A stretch of DNA of 64,000 nt from Candidatus Sumerlaeaceae bacterium (GTDB lineage Bacteria > Sumerlaeota > Sumerlaeia > Sumerlaeales > Sumerlaeaceae), in NCBI GenBank assembly GCA_051003195.1, contig JBPCLP010000011.1:32001-96000 (forward strand). Reading direction: 5' to 3'. Numbering within the stretch: the first letter of the stretch is position 1; each line of letters starts with the position of its first letter. Shown piece by piece: positions 20,676 to 30,579 of this stretch. The notes beneath the pieces were generated by a model, which was not told the DNA's origin, made no database searches, and saw only the letters and a program-made list of their open reading frames with translations. A program made the position numbers and the translations under genes.

Positions 20676-21464
20676 CTAAGCTACCGGCCGCGTGTCGGCC
20701 GGCGGATGCCGGCGACTCCGCTTCTTCTGCCACACCGGGCGTGTGACCTCGCCAATAATCCCAACGGCGGTGTATGCTACGAAGCCAAAAAAGACCAGCG
20801 CCTCGATATAATCCTTCATGAAAATGCCAAGTGCCAGCAGCAGGAAGATCGCCGGCAATACGCTGAACTGCTTTCGCCTCTCCAACCGGAGTTGTTTAAA
20901 ACTCGGATAGCTGACGGTGCTTACCATAAGGAACGAAAGGCCCACGAGCATGATGGGCAATACCATCAGCACGAAATGCTTGTCCCAGTCTGGATCGATC
21001 CGCTGGAAGAACAGGAAGCTGGAAACAACCATGCCCGCAGCCGCTGGAATTGGCATTCCGGTAAACGATTTCTTTTCGACCTTGGTCTTCTGCACATTAA
21101 AACGTGCAAGGCGCAGCGCGCCGCAGATCGCAAAAAACGTGGCCGTGCCTTCCGCCAGGTGTCGGTTTTCCAGGTTTTCCATACGCGTATAAATCAGCAC
21201 CGCGGGCGCCACGCCAAATGCCACCACGTCTGCCAGCGAATCCAGCTGCGCGCCAAAGAGGCTCTCGGTTCGCGTCAGCCGCGCCACCAGTCCATCCAGC
21301 AGATCCAGTACAGCGGCCACGAGTATCAGCCAGCACGACAATACGTACTGGTGCGTTTCGGACTCCGTGGATTCCGCCACGTTCAGAACATTCAGAATCG
21401 CGAGCAGCCCGCACAGCATACTCAGGCAGGTGATCAGGCTCGGGAGTACATACACCTTCCTCAT
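20676..21464 (-). CDS. pssA: CDP-diacylglycerol--serine O-phosphatidyltransferase
   Basis: LPSLIT, DLLDGLVAR...FGAQLDSLADVVAFGVAP, ALRLARFN, FTGMPIP; ATGA overlap with psd. Confidence 0.92.
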   Translation of the reverse strand: MRKVYVLPSLITCLSMLCGLLAILNVLNVAESTESETHQYVLSCWLILVAAVLDLLDGLVARLTRTESLFGAQLDSLADVVAFGVAPAVLIYTRMENLENRHLAEGTATFFAICGALRLARFNVQKTKVEKKSFTGMPIPAAAGMVVSSFLFFQRIDPDWDKHFVLMVLPIMLVGLSFLMVSTVSYPSFKQLRLERRKQFSVLPAIFLLLALGIFMKDYIEALVFFGFVAYTAVGIIGEVTRPVWQKKRSRRHPPADTRPVA

Positions 21465-22186
21465 GGCTGTTCGATCACATCCCGTGCGGTTTGTTCGTCC
21501 GATCGCGACAGCTCGGAAAATCCCGTAGGCAACCCGGGCGGCAGCGTCGCGACAACAGATTCGCCGCCCCGCACCCGCTGGCCTGCATGCACGTGCAGCT
21601 GGCACGCCGCAGGAAGCAGCATTTCAACCCGTGAGCCGAACCGGATCAGGCCGATCTTGTCACCTTTCTGCAAAACATCGCCCCGCTCAAGCGGACAGAC
21701 AATTCTCCGCGCTACAAGACCCGCCACCAGTTTAACAACTACAGGCAGCCCGGCCGGTGTGCGCATCACGATCACCTTGCGCTCATTTTCCTCACCGCAC
21801 TTGTCTTCCATGGCGTTGAGAAACTTGCCCTGGTGGTGTGTTGCGGCAGTCACTTCGCCGGCGCATGGCGCCCAGTTGACGTGAACGTCAAACACGGACA
21901 TAAAAACGGCGATTCGCAGGCACTGGCCATCCGGAAAATCCGGGTGCGGGATAATACCGGCCGCCACTATTTTGCCGTCCGCGCCGGAGATCACTTCGTT
22001 CGGGTTACGTGTTCCGTAGCGCTCAGGATTACGGAAGAACGCGAGCACATACACGAACAGGAAAAACGCAAACACGCCAACGATCTTCCACCCAAGCGCA
22101 AAAGCCACGAATGTGATCACGAGCATTGGCATCGCAAACGGAAACGCTTCTGAAGCAACAGGTGAATTAGTGGGACGGTAGTTCAT
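21461..22186 (-). CDS. psd: Phosphatidylserine decarboxylase proenzyme
   Basis: FFRNPER, ADGK, FMSVFDVHVN, AGLVARRIV, IRFGSRV (pyruvoyl GS site). Confidence 0.92.
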   Translation of the reverse strand: MNYRPTNSPVASEAFPFAMPMLVITFVAFALGWKIVGVFAFFLFVYVLAFFRNPERYGTRNPNEVISGADGKIVAAGIIPHPDFPDGQCLRIAVFMSVFDVHVNWAPCAGEVTAATHHQGKFLNAMEDKCGEENERKVIVMRTPAGLPVVVKLVAGLVARRIVCPLERGDVLQKGDKIGLIRFGSRVEMLLPAACQLHVHAGQRVRGGESVVATLPPGLPTGFSELSRSDEQTARDVIEQP

Positions 22187-22257
22187 GCGAGCCCCTATCT
22201 GGAATAATCACAATGCTTCGGCAGCGCGCTGGATGGCTGTCAAGCCGCGAACGCCCG

Positions 22258-24255
22258 CTACTTGCGAGACCGCTTGGCAGCCGCAGCAGGCGTGCCGGCA
22301 GGCACCGTCTTCGTCGTCTCTGTAGCTACAGCCGCAAAGTTCGCCGCTTCTACCCCGCCCCGCTGAAATTTGTGCTTGTTGCCCAGGAACTCCTCGTAAG
22401 TTGCCGAAAACGCATGCCTTCCATCACCCTGGTAAACATAATACAGGTAATCCGTCTGCGGTGCCGTATATGTCGCCACAAGGCTGGCTATGCGCGGACT
22501 GGCGATGGGTCCCGGCGGCAAACCTTTGCGCAGGTACGTATTGTACGGCGAGTTCACCTTCAGGTCGTCCAGCGATAACTTGCGCCAGTCATTCAACGCG
22601 TAATTTACCGTCGCATCAATCTGCAGCGGCATATCTTTACCAAGCCGGTTAAAAATCACGGAGGCGATCAGCGGACGATCCTCATCCATACGCGCTTCAC
22701 GCTCGATGAGTGATGCCATGATCACATGCTCGTGCAAACTCAACTGGTCGTGCTTTCCAAGCGGCTTTACCTGTGTCTCGACATTCTGCTTAAATGTGTT
22801 CACCATCAGGCGGATGAGGTCCTCCTCCTTCATTCCCGGCCCGAAGAAGTAAGTGCTGGGATATAAATATCCCTCGAGCGACGGGACCTCCATCCCCAGC
22901 TTCTTTATAAGATCTGCGTCCTTCACCAGTTCCATGAAGCGGACATCGTCAAACTCCGCATATCGGCGTTTTACTTCCGTTGCGACCTCGCGAACTGTCT
23001 TACCTTCGGGTATGGTGATCTTGAAATCCTTCGAGCCTTCAATCAGGCGGTTGTAAACTTCGCTCAGACTCGAATTGGAATTGATGCGGTATGCACCGGG
23101 CTTTATCTTGTTGGAATTCTCGTTCAGGTGGGCCAGGTAGCGCATGAGATAGTAATCGCTCAGGCCGAGGTAACTGCCAAGCAGCCCCTGTTTTTTCATC
23201 TTCGTCAAAACAACACGGAAAGTTTCCCCCGGCTGCACAACCAGGTCGACGACACGTCCCGAGCCCGTGTCGCCCCTGTATAGCCGTTTATGTGCGTAGC
23301 GTCCGTAAAGCAGCCCAACAGCGACAGTCAGAAAGAATCCAATAAGGACACACCAGCTCAGGGCGTTCAGAAACCGATGGCCGTACGTCCTCTGCCCTGC
23401 CGGCTTGTGGTAAAGATCGGCCGTATCCTCCGACGGCACTGGCGGGATGTGTTCCGGAATGTCAAAAAATGGGCGAACTGCGGATGCAACGGCAGCCGCT
23501 TCCGGACGAGCCCGGGCAATGATCGCCTGCAAATCCGGCGGAGGCACGACTGTACGTATCGGCGTTGCGGGTGCAGCAGCTTCCGGCTCCGGCGGAACAG
23601 CCTCGGCAGCTTCCACTGGGGCTTCTTCAACCTGTTCAACTGCGAGCTCCGGTTCAATAATGGGTTCGTTGGTTGAGTACACAACGCGACCCGGCAGCGA
23701 CGGCCGTTGCGCCATCGTCTCAAAAAACACCATGCCCGTCGGACGCCCGCCCACCATCGGCTGTTCAACCGATTGCTGAAAGCGGTGAGTCGGAAAGGAC
23801 TCGGCGGCTGGCTGCTCTGCCGCGGGCGAAAGTGCAGCCGGAGCAACAGTAATGTCCCCGGGAAAAGCCAGCTCTGCCTGCTGGGGCCGCGGGTTCTGCA
23901 TGTCGGCGGGATAAATATCCAGCAGCCGCACATTAGACCCGGCTGTGCGCGGTGCCGCGCGCCGGGGTTTGCGCTTCGGCATCGCCTCCGCCGGCGCATC
24001 CTGCTTCTCTTCGTCCCAGCTTACATGGCTGTCCAGGAAGTCGGATTCGAACGCATGCACATAACGTGTCGAGGCGCGCGGGATTTTCGTACCCGCACCT
24101 TCGCCGGCAAGCGGCGGAGCAGGCGTAGTAAAGGCGGGCGAACTCCAGACAATTTCGAGGAAATGCGCTGGCCGCGCGCTGGATTCGGGCGCCTGTTCCG
24201 TCGGAACAACGCTCGCACCCTTTGGCTCCTGGTCACCTGTATCCTTCGTCTGCAT
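22258..24255 (-). CDS. mltG: Endolytic transglycosylase MltG with long N-terminal Pro/Ala/Glu-rich extension
   Basis: ITIPEG, LEGYLYPSTY, MASLIERE, IASVIFNRL, LQIDATV, SPYNTY..GLPPGPIASP. Confidence 0.9.
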   Translation of the reverse strand: MQTKDTGDQEPKGASVVPTEQAPESSARPAHFLEIVWSSPAFTTPAPPLAGEGAGTKIPRASTRYVHAFESDFLDSHVSWDEEKQDAPAEAMPKRKPRRAAPRTAGSNVRLLDIYPADMQNPRPQQAELAFPGDITVAPAALSPAAEQPAAESFPTHRFQQSVEQPMVGGRPTGMVFFETMAQRPSLPGRVVYSTNEPIIEPELAVEQVEEAPVEAAEAVPPEPEAAAPATPIRTVVPPPDLQAIIARARPEAAAVASAVRPFFDIPEHIPPVPSEDTADLYHKPAGQRTYGHRFLNALSWCVLIGFFLTVAVGLLYGRYAHKRLYRGDTGSGRVVDLVVQPGETFRVVLTKMKKQGLLGSYLGLSDYYLMRYLAHLNENSNKIKPGAYRINSNSSLSEVYNRLIEGSKDFKITIPEGKTVREVATEVKRRYAEFDDVRFMELVKDADLIKKLGMEVPSLEGYLYPSTYFFGPGMKEEDLIRLMVNTFKQNVETQVKPLGKHDQLSLHEHVIMASLIEREARMDEDRPLIASVIFNRLGKDMPLQIDATVNYALNDWRKLSLDDLKVNSPYNTYLRKGLPPGPIASPRIASLVATYTAPQTDYLYYVYQGDGRHAFSATYEEFLGNKHKFQRGGVEAANFAAVATETTKTVPAGTPAAAAKRSRK

Positions 24256-24392
24256 ACTCCCCACGCGCTCTGGTTCCAGTGTAGATGGAAAACATAATGA
24301 CAGCGGTGCGCCAGTTCAACACAAAAGGACACCACTGTCCGCAGCAATTTCTCCAAGCATAAGTGCGCCCGGTTGAGCGTACCGGATCAGCA

Positions 24393-25556
24393 ATGCTTAA
24401 GGCCACCGACCTGGATAAGCTCGAAAATGAAACGCTCGCGCCCTATGCAATGCGCAGCGCGCAGTCGCGTGGGCGCGATTACACGCTCAAGCCCGACGAC
24501 TGGCGCACGGAGTTTCAGCGAGACCGCGATCGCATCATCCACTCCGCCGCGTTTCGAAAGCTGGAGTATAAAACCCAGGTTTATATGGTGCATTATGGCG
24601 ATTACTTCCGTACGCGTCTCACGCACACGATGGAAGTCGCGCAAATCGCGCGTTCGCTTGCGCGCAACCTTCGCCTCAACCAGGATCTAACCGAGGCGAT
24701 CGCGCTCGCGCATGACGTGGGCCACACACCGTTCGGGCACAGTGGCGAAGTCGCGCTGAAGAAACTGCTCGCGTCCGAAGGCGGATTCGAGCACAACGAA
24801 CAGGGACTTCGAGTTGTCGAGTTTCTGGAGGAACGCTACTCCGACATGCCGGGACTCAATCTCACCTGGGAAGTGCGCGAGGGAATCATTAAGCACGCCA
24901 CGGAGTACGACTCACCAACGGTGCCCGACCGTTTTGAACCTCAGATTGCACCCACCCTGGAAAGCCAGGTGTGCGACGTTGCCGATGAAATTGCGTACAA
25001 CAGCCACGACATTGACGACGCGCTCAAAATGGGACTCATCGAGCAGCGCGATTTTCGCCATGTACCGTGGGTCTGGGAAATCTTTGAAGAGTGCCAGGCT
25101 TCCTCACCCTCCGATGCTTCCGACAAGTTTGTGAAGTACCGCGCCATCGGACGCATCATCGATCAGCTTGTGACCGATGCTATGAACACAAGTTTCGAAA
25201 ATCTGCAGCGGCTGAACATTACAAATGTCGACGACGTGCGCCGCCAGCGTGCGCATCGCGTGATCGGCCTTTCCGCAAAACAGACGGAGCTGAACCGCGA
25301 ACTAAAGACTTTTCTCATGGCCCGCGTCTATCGGCACCCGCGTGTTGTGCGTATGGCTGGCAAGGCCGAGCGCTTCATCGAGCAGTTATTTACTTTGTAC
25401 GTGGATGTACCCGGGCAGTTGCCGCTCAAATACCAGGCTCGCATCGAACGCGATGGTCTGAAGCGGGTGGTCACAGATTATATCAGTGGGATGACCGATC
25501 GATACCTGCAGGAGGATTACATCCGCGCTTTTCATCCCACGACGGATATGCTTTAA
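24393..25556 (+). CDS. dgt: Deoxyguanosinetriphosphate triphosphohydrolase (dGTPase-like)
   Basis: RTEFQRDRDRIIHSAAFRKLEYKTQV, RTRLTHTMEV, AHDVGHTPFGHSGE, DYISGMTD. Confidence 0.93.
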   Translation: MLKATDLDKLENETLAPYAMRSAQSRGRDYTLKPDDWRTEFQRDRDRIIHSAAFRKLEYKTQVYMVHYGDYFRTRLTHTMEVAQIARSLARNLRLNQDLTEAIALAHDVGHTPFGHSGEVALKKLLASEGGFEHNEQGLRVVEFLEERYSDMPGLNLTWEVREGIIKHATEYDSPTVPDRFEPQIAPTLESQVCDVADEIAYNSHDIDDALKMGLIEQRDFRHVPWVWEIFEECQASSPSDASDKFVKYRAIGRIIDQLVTDAMNTSFENLQRLNITNVDDVRRQRAHRVIGLSAKQTELNRELKTFLMARVYRHPRVVRMAGKAERFIEQLFTLYVDVPGQLPLKYQARIERDGLKRVVTDYISGMTDRYLQEDYIRAFHPTTDML

Positions 25557-25560
25557 CCGA

Positions 25561-26661
25561 ATGGTTCCAGACACACTGAAGTCGCGCATACTTCTGCTCC
25601 TGCGCTCGGGTGCCGCGGTGTCCGACGACGAGTTTACCGAACTTGCGCTGGAGTTGCATCGCGCCCAGAGGAACGCCAGTTCATTCCTGGAACGATATTA
25701 CACCCGCGCGGCAGCATCAAATCCGCGGCACTGGAGTGAAATCTCCGGACTTCCATCCTCCGCCTTTAAGCGCACCGCCATCTGCACGTTTGCCGAGGCG
25801 ACCGCACTCACCTGCTTTCAGACCAGCGGGACCACACAAGGCGACAGCGGCCGCCATTATTTCGAGACCCTCGAGTTTTACGAAGCTGCGATCCAGGAGA
25901 ATTTCCGCGCGCACCTGCTGCCGGACGGTAAGCGGATGCCCATGTTCATTCTTACTCCTCCGCCGCAGGACGCCCCGCATTCCTCTCTCGTCCACATGAT
26001 GAAGGTAGTGAGCGAGAAATTTGGTACCGGCGACTCTCAGTATTTTCTGCGCGACGGTTCGCTTGAAGTTGAAGGACTCGTGGAACGGCTTCAACACACC
26101 ACCGGCATAGGGCAGCCGATCTTCCTGCTTGGGACAGCTTTCGCACTGGTTTACTTTCTCGATGCCCTTGCAGCCAGGAAGCTGCGCCTCGAAATACCCC
26201 CCGGCAGCCGGATCATGGAAACCGGCGGCTTCAAAGGACGCTCCCGCGAGATCGCGCGGGAATCATTCTATCCGATGCTGAGCGTGGCAATCGGTGTTCC
26301 AGAAAGCCATATCGTCAACGAGTATGGCATGACAGAGCTCTCCTCCCAGTTTTACGATCTAAGCCTCGCGCAGAGAATTCCCACGGCGCATAAATCCATC
26401 CCGCCATACACGCGCATCCTTTGTGTCGATCCGGCCACGGGACAGCCCGTACCAGACGGCGTCCCCGGTCTGCTCCGGATTTATGACCTCGCCAATGTGG
26501 GTAGCTGCTGCGTCCTTCAGACCGAAGATGTTGGAATCGCTCACGGAGCATCATTCGAGGTGCACGGGCGCGTACCCGCGGCGCCGATCCGCGGTTGTTC
26601 TCTCGCCGCAGAAGATGCATTAGCTGGTTCAAAAATGAGTACGCACGTCACACCATTGTAG
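25561..26661 (+). CDS. LuxE/PaaK-like acyl-protein synthetase
   Basis: FQTSGTT, METGGFKGRSRE, NEYGMTELSSQFY, DLANVGS...TEDVG, IRGCS. Confidence 0.8.
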   Translation: MVPDTLKSRILLLLRSGAAVSDDEFTELALELHRAQRNASSFLERYYTRAAASNPRHWSEISGLPSSAFKRTAICTFAEATALTCFQTSGTTQGDSGRHYFETLEFYEAAIQENFRAHLLPDGKRMPMFILTPPPQDAPHSSLVHMMKVVSEKFGTGDSQYFLRDGSLEVEGLVERLQHTTGIGQPIFLLGTAFALVYFLDALAARKLRLEIPPGSRIMETGGFKGRSREIARESFYPMLSVAIGVPESHIVNEYGMTELSSQFYDLSLAQRIPTAHKSIPPYTRILCVDPATGQPVPDGVPGLLRIYDLANVGSCCVLQTEDVGIAHGASFEVHGRVPAAPIRGCSLAAEDALAGSKMSTHVTPL

Positions 26662-26903
26662 TAACTTTCAACACTGGCAGACCAGCCAGGGCTGACGTAC
26701 CAGAGCCGTCTGCCCGCTGTGCACTCGGGTTGCCGCATTCCGGACCTTCGGGGCCGTCGCGACAGGGCAATGTGCCGTTTAATGAATTGGCACGGAATTG
26801 CCTAAAAGGAGCCGAGTGCGGAAAAACTTGCAACGCTTTACCCGCACCCGGCTTGAAACGTAACACACTTTAGCTAGATGTAGGACCAGGAGGTCCATAA
26901 CGC

Positions 26904-29378
26904 GTGTACGATAAAACGCCTTATACGCCCGGGATGCGGGAGGTGATTAAGCTCAGCAAGGCCGAAGCTGGCCGGCTTGGACATGATTACATAGGTCCCG
27001 AGCACTACCTGCTCGGCATCATCCGAAAGGGTGACGGCCTGGCGGTGCAAACTCTGCACAATCTCGAGATCGATCTCGAGGACCTGAAAACGGAACTCGA
27101 GCGCATGCTCGAGGTAGGCAAGGGACCCAACGTCAACCTCTTCTCCCCCAATGCGGAGGCAAAGAAGGTTCTGGATACGACCAAAGAAATCGCGCGACAG
27201 ATGAAGCACAACTGGATCGGCACGGAGCATTTGCTTCTCGGCCTGATCAAGGAAGAGGGCACAGTTGCGGCCAAGTGCCTGCGCAACTTCGGCGTCGATT
27301 TCAGCAAAGCGCAAAAAGAAGTACTCAACGTCATCGACGGCAGCAACTCAACCACGAGCACGAAGAGCAAAGACGCGCCTGAAAAAACCAAGACGCCTGC
27401 CCTGGATACATTCGGACGTGACCTGACGCAGCTCGCGCGTGAAGGCAAGCTCGACCCGGTCATCGGACGCGAAGACGAAATCGAACGCATTCTGCAGATA
27501 CTATGCCGGCGAACGAAGAACAACCCGATCCTCCTTGGCGAGCCCGGCGTTGGCAAGACAGCCATCGTCGAAGGTCTCGCACAAAAGATCGTCTCCGAGG
27601 ATGTGCCTGAAATCCTGCAGGATAAGCGCCTCCTTTCGCTCGACCTCGCAGCAGTGGTTGCCGGTACAAAGTACCGTGGTCAGTTCGAAGAGCGCCTCAA
27701 GGCCATCATGCAGGAAATCCGCCGTAGCCAGGATGTGCTCATCTTCATCGATGAATTGCACACGCTCGTGGGAGCGGGCGCCGCCGAAGGCGCCATCGAC
27801 GCCAGCAACATGCTCAAGCCTGCCCTCAGCCGGGGCGAAATCCAGTGCATCGGTGCCACGACCCTCGAAGAATATCGCAAATACATCGAGAAGGACGGCG
27901 CACTTGAGCGGCGCTTCCAGACCATCACCATTGATCCTCCAACACCCGAACAGACGGTGGAAATCATCAAGGGCCTGAGAAGCCGTTACGAAGCACATCA
28001 CGGCGTCATCATCGCTGACGATGCCATCGAAGCGGCCGTGTTCCTTGCTGACCGCTATATTACCGAGCGTTTCCTGCCGGATAAGGCCATCGACGTGATC
28101 GACGAGGCTGGCAGTCGCGCGCGCTTGCAGCTCAACGTCAAGCCGCAGGAGATCAAAGACCTCGAGAAGAAAACCAACGAGCTCGACGAGAAGCTTCGTC
28201 AGCTTTCCAATGCGCACGAGTTCGAAAAGTGCCAGGAAGTGAAAGTCGAACGCGACGACTCCGTGAAGGAAAAGGAGCGGTTGTTCCGCGAGTGGCAAAC
28301 CCGCAAGAACGACCGCGAGAGCGTCAAGACAATCACGCCCGACGACATCGCGCACATCATTAGCAAGTGGACCGGCATTCCTGTATCAAAGCTCGAAGAA
28401 GCTGAGATGCAGAAGTTGCTCAAAATGGAAGAGGAACTCGGCAAGCGGGTTGTCAGCCAGCACGAGGCCATCGGGGCCGTGGCGCGCGCAATTCGTCGCG
28501 CACGCGCCGGGCTCAAAGATCCCGTGCGGCCAACCGCTTCGTTCGTCTTCCTCGGTCCAACCGGCGTCGGCAAGACCGAGCTCGCAAAGTCCCTCGCGAA
28601 CTTCCTGTTCGGCAACGACGACGCCCTCATCCGCATCGACATGAGCGAGTATATGGAAAAGTACTCGGTCAGCCGCCTGGTTGGCGCCCCTCCCGGATAC
28701 GTGGGATATGAGGAGGGCGGTCAGCTCACCGAGAAGGTGCGGCAGAAACCCTACTCCGTCGTGCTGCTCGACGAAATCGAGAAGGCACACCCCGACGTGT
28801 TCAGCCTGCTGCTGCAGGTGCTCGATGATGGGCGCCTCACCGACAGCTGGGGCCATGTGGTCGACTTCCGCAATACCGTCATCATCATGACCTCAAACGT
28901 CGGCACCAAGAAGCTCAAGAAGGGCGGCACGCTCGGCTTCCTCAACGACAACGAAATGGAAGACTACGAGGCAGTTAAAACAAAGGTGATGGGCGCGATG
29001 AAGCAGCTCTTCAACCCCGAGTTCATCAACCGCATTGATGAAACCATCGTATTCAAGTCGCTCGAGCGCCACGACATCGAGAATATCGTGAACATCATCA
29101 TGGATCGCGTCAACAAGCGCATCAGCGACAAGAACATCCGTCTCCGGCTCAGTGCCGAGGCCCGGGAGTTCCTGGTAACCAAGGGCTACGACAGCGAATA
29201 CGGCGCGCGTCCGTTGAAGCGCACCATCCAGAAGTACATTGAAGACCCGCTGAGCCAGCTCATCATCGAAGGCACCGTACCCGAGGGTGAAGTCATTGCC
29301 GAGCTTGACCCCGTGAAGGAAGAATTGACCTTCCGCGCGGCCAATGAGCTGGCAAAAACTGCCGAAACGGCATCCTGA
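26904..29378 (+). CDS. clpC: ATP-dependent Clp protease ATP-binding subunit ClpC
   Basis: Two Clp-N repeats (EHYLLG/EHLLLG), [16 protein letters not shown], short UVR-type middle domain; AGGAGG RBS. Confidence 0.93.
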   Translation: MYDKTPYTPGMREVIKLSKAEAGRLGHDYIGPEHYLLGIIRKGDGLAVQTLHNLEIDLEDLKTELERMLEVGKGPNVNLFSPNAEAKKVLDTTKEIARQMKHNWIGTEHLLLGLIKEEGTVAAKCLRNFGVDFSKAQKEVLNVIDGSNSTTSTKSKDAPEKTKTPALDTFGRDLTQLAREGKLDPVIGREDEIERILQILCRRTKNNPILLGEPGVGKTAIVEGLAQKIVSEDVPEILQDKRLLSLDLAAVVAGTKYRGQFEERLKAIMQEIRRSQDVLIFIDELHTLVGAGAAEGAIDASNMLKPALSRGEIQCIGATTLEEYRKYIEKDGALERRFQTITIDPPTPEQTVEIIKGLRSRYEAHHGVIIADDAIEAAVFLADRYITERFLPDKAIDVIDEAGSRARLQLNVKPQEIKDLEKKTNELDEKLRQLSNAHEFEKCQEVKVERDDSVKEKERLFREWQTRKNDRESVKTITPDDIAHIISKWTGIPVSKLEEAEMQKLLKMEEELGKRVVSQHEAIGAVARAIRRARAGLKDPVRPTASFVFLGPTGVGKTELAKSLANFLFGNDDALIRIDMSEYMEKYSVSRLVGAPPGYVGYEEGGQLTEKVRQKPYSVVLLDEIEKAHPDVFSLLLQVLDDGRLTDSWGHVVDFRNTVIIMTSNVGTKKLKKGGTLGFLNDNEMEDYEAVKTKVMGAMKQLFNPEFINRIDETIVFKSLERHDIENIVNIIMDRVNKRISDKNIRLRLSAEAREFLVTKGYDSEYGARPLKRTIQKYIEDPLSQLIIEGTVPEGEVIAELDPVKEELTFRAANELAKTAETAS

Positions 29379-29423
29379 CGAAATGAGGCCGCTTCCAGCC
29401 TGCTGAATCTAGAGACAATAAAC

Positions 29424-29457
29424 GCGCGGAGGGCCAAAACTCTCCGCGCATTTTTTT
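29424..29457 (+). terminator. Rho-independent terminator after clpC
   Basis: GCGCGGAG-loop-CTCCGCGC stem followed by a T7 tract. Confidence 0.8.
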
Positions 29458-29561
29458 ATGGAGGGTTCGTGCTCCCGAACAGTGCTGTCTCAGAACTCCG
29501 TGGACCACGCTAGTTGAATGGCGTTGCATTCTGAAAGTAGTCCCTACTGCTTTGACGCAAT

Positions 29562-29638
29562 GTGCCCGTAGCTCAGTCGGATAGAGCATCGGCCTTCTAA
29601 GCCGAGGGTCGCAGGTTCGATTCCTGCCGGGCACGCCA
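29562..29638 (+). tRNA. tRNA-Arg(TCT)
   Basis: GTGCCCG/CGGGCAC acceptor stem, TCGGC-CT-TCT-AA-GCCGA anticodon arm, GGTTCGATTCC T-arm, encoded CCA. Confidence 0.96.
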
Positions 29639-29646
29639 ACTCTCAG

Positions 29647-29738
29647 AAGAGTAGAGCGGCGCATCCTGCGCCGGTTGAGCGGGCTTCCAGCCTGCTGGTG
29701 GCAGCGGCGACCTAACAACCCACACACCCGCCAACATC
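29647..29738. repeat. ~92-bp dispersed REP-like repeat, copy 1
   Basis: GAGCGGCGCATCCTGCGCCGG..GAGCGGGCTTCCAGCCTGC...; close copy at 42846-42937. Confidence 0.75.
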
Positions 29739-29763
29739 GAGGTGGGCCACTGCGGTTGACGGC

Positions 29764-29872
29764 TTTCAAGTTTTTCAAGTTTTTCAAGTTTTTTCAAGTT
29801 TGCGGTTTAGAAGCTTGAAAGGCTTGCAGATAAATCAAGTTGGCGAAAAATGGGTAATTTCGCCACTTGAAA
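29764..29872. repeat. TTTCAAG heptamer array (4 direct copies at 9-10 bp period, 2 inverted)
   Basis: TTTCAAG at 29764, 29773, 29782, 29792; CTTGAAA at 29814 and 29866. Confidence 0.7.
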
Positions 29873-30339
29873 AACGGTAATCCTCGCGTAAGAATTCGCG
29901 GGGGCCGTGGATTTCCGGCTTCCATGCGCGATGGGCGGCTTTTCCCGCCGAGCGCAAAGATGGAAAATGCCACGCGGATTGGTCGCAGAAGTCCGTCCAC
30001 AGTCAGTCACGGCGGTCAGGCTGCATAGTTGTCAAAGAACGTGTTCAGCTTACTACGGAGGCAGGTTTACACTGGTAGTGGGGGCGTGTCACTTCCCTGG
30101 CTTACCCTTAAGGTGGGCTAAGTCCAATGAAGTCGAAAAATGTTTTTGGGCGATGTGCTCTGGTGCGTGCGGGCAACTCCGGATGAGGGCCGTTGCTCGA
30201 CGTGCCATGCTGATGAGAACTTCCGTGAGAAAGTTTGAACGTCGAGCGCGCGAAGGGACGCTCTCCCGCGTCGCCGTAACTGATCTTGTCGCGAAGTATC
30301 GCTGCCGCTAGCAAATTAATTAGTGAAAACGTCAACCGT

Positions 30340-30499
30340 GGGGCTGTTGAAAAAGCCAGAACGAGCCGGGCGCCGACTGGTTTCATAAAAACCCGGCTTC
30401 GAGATTTCGCTTCTCCGCGACGATCTCACGCCGAAACGACAAATCAGTCAGGTTTATGAGACCATGCGTTTCGATCTGCCGGGGTTTTTCAACAGCCCC
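30340..30499. mobile_element. MITE family A, copy 1 (160 bp, diverged)
   Basis: TIR GGGGCTGTTGAAAAA/TTTTTCAACAGCCCC; ACCGT on both sides. Confidence 0.8.
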
Positions 30500-30579
30500 A
30501 CCGTCCCCGAATTTGTTGATCGTCTAATAATGGATTGAGTGGCCGCATACGCCGCGTATGCGGTCACCCGGCGGCTGTT

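Noticed and set aside
20706..21884. Long opposite-strand ORFs (also 33506-34789, 48292-49575, 52111-53307, 27501-28355)
   Set aside because: Antisense shadows of well-supported genes, expected in GC-rich DNA.
24393..25556. dGTPase as an anti-phage defence gene
   Set aside because: It is the short housekeeping-type Dgt in a core-gene context (divergent from mltG) with no defence neighbours.
26788..26802. TGGCACGGAATTGC upstream of clpC as a sigma-54 promoter
   Set aside because: GG-to-GC spacing is 9 nt rather than the required 10; it is also part of an imperfect inverted repeat.
29880..30330. ORF 29907-30311 and neighbours in the post-tRNA gap
   Set aside because: No RBS, motif or plausible protein composition; left unannotated.
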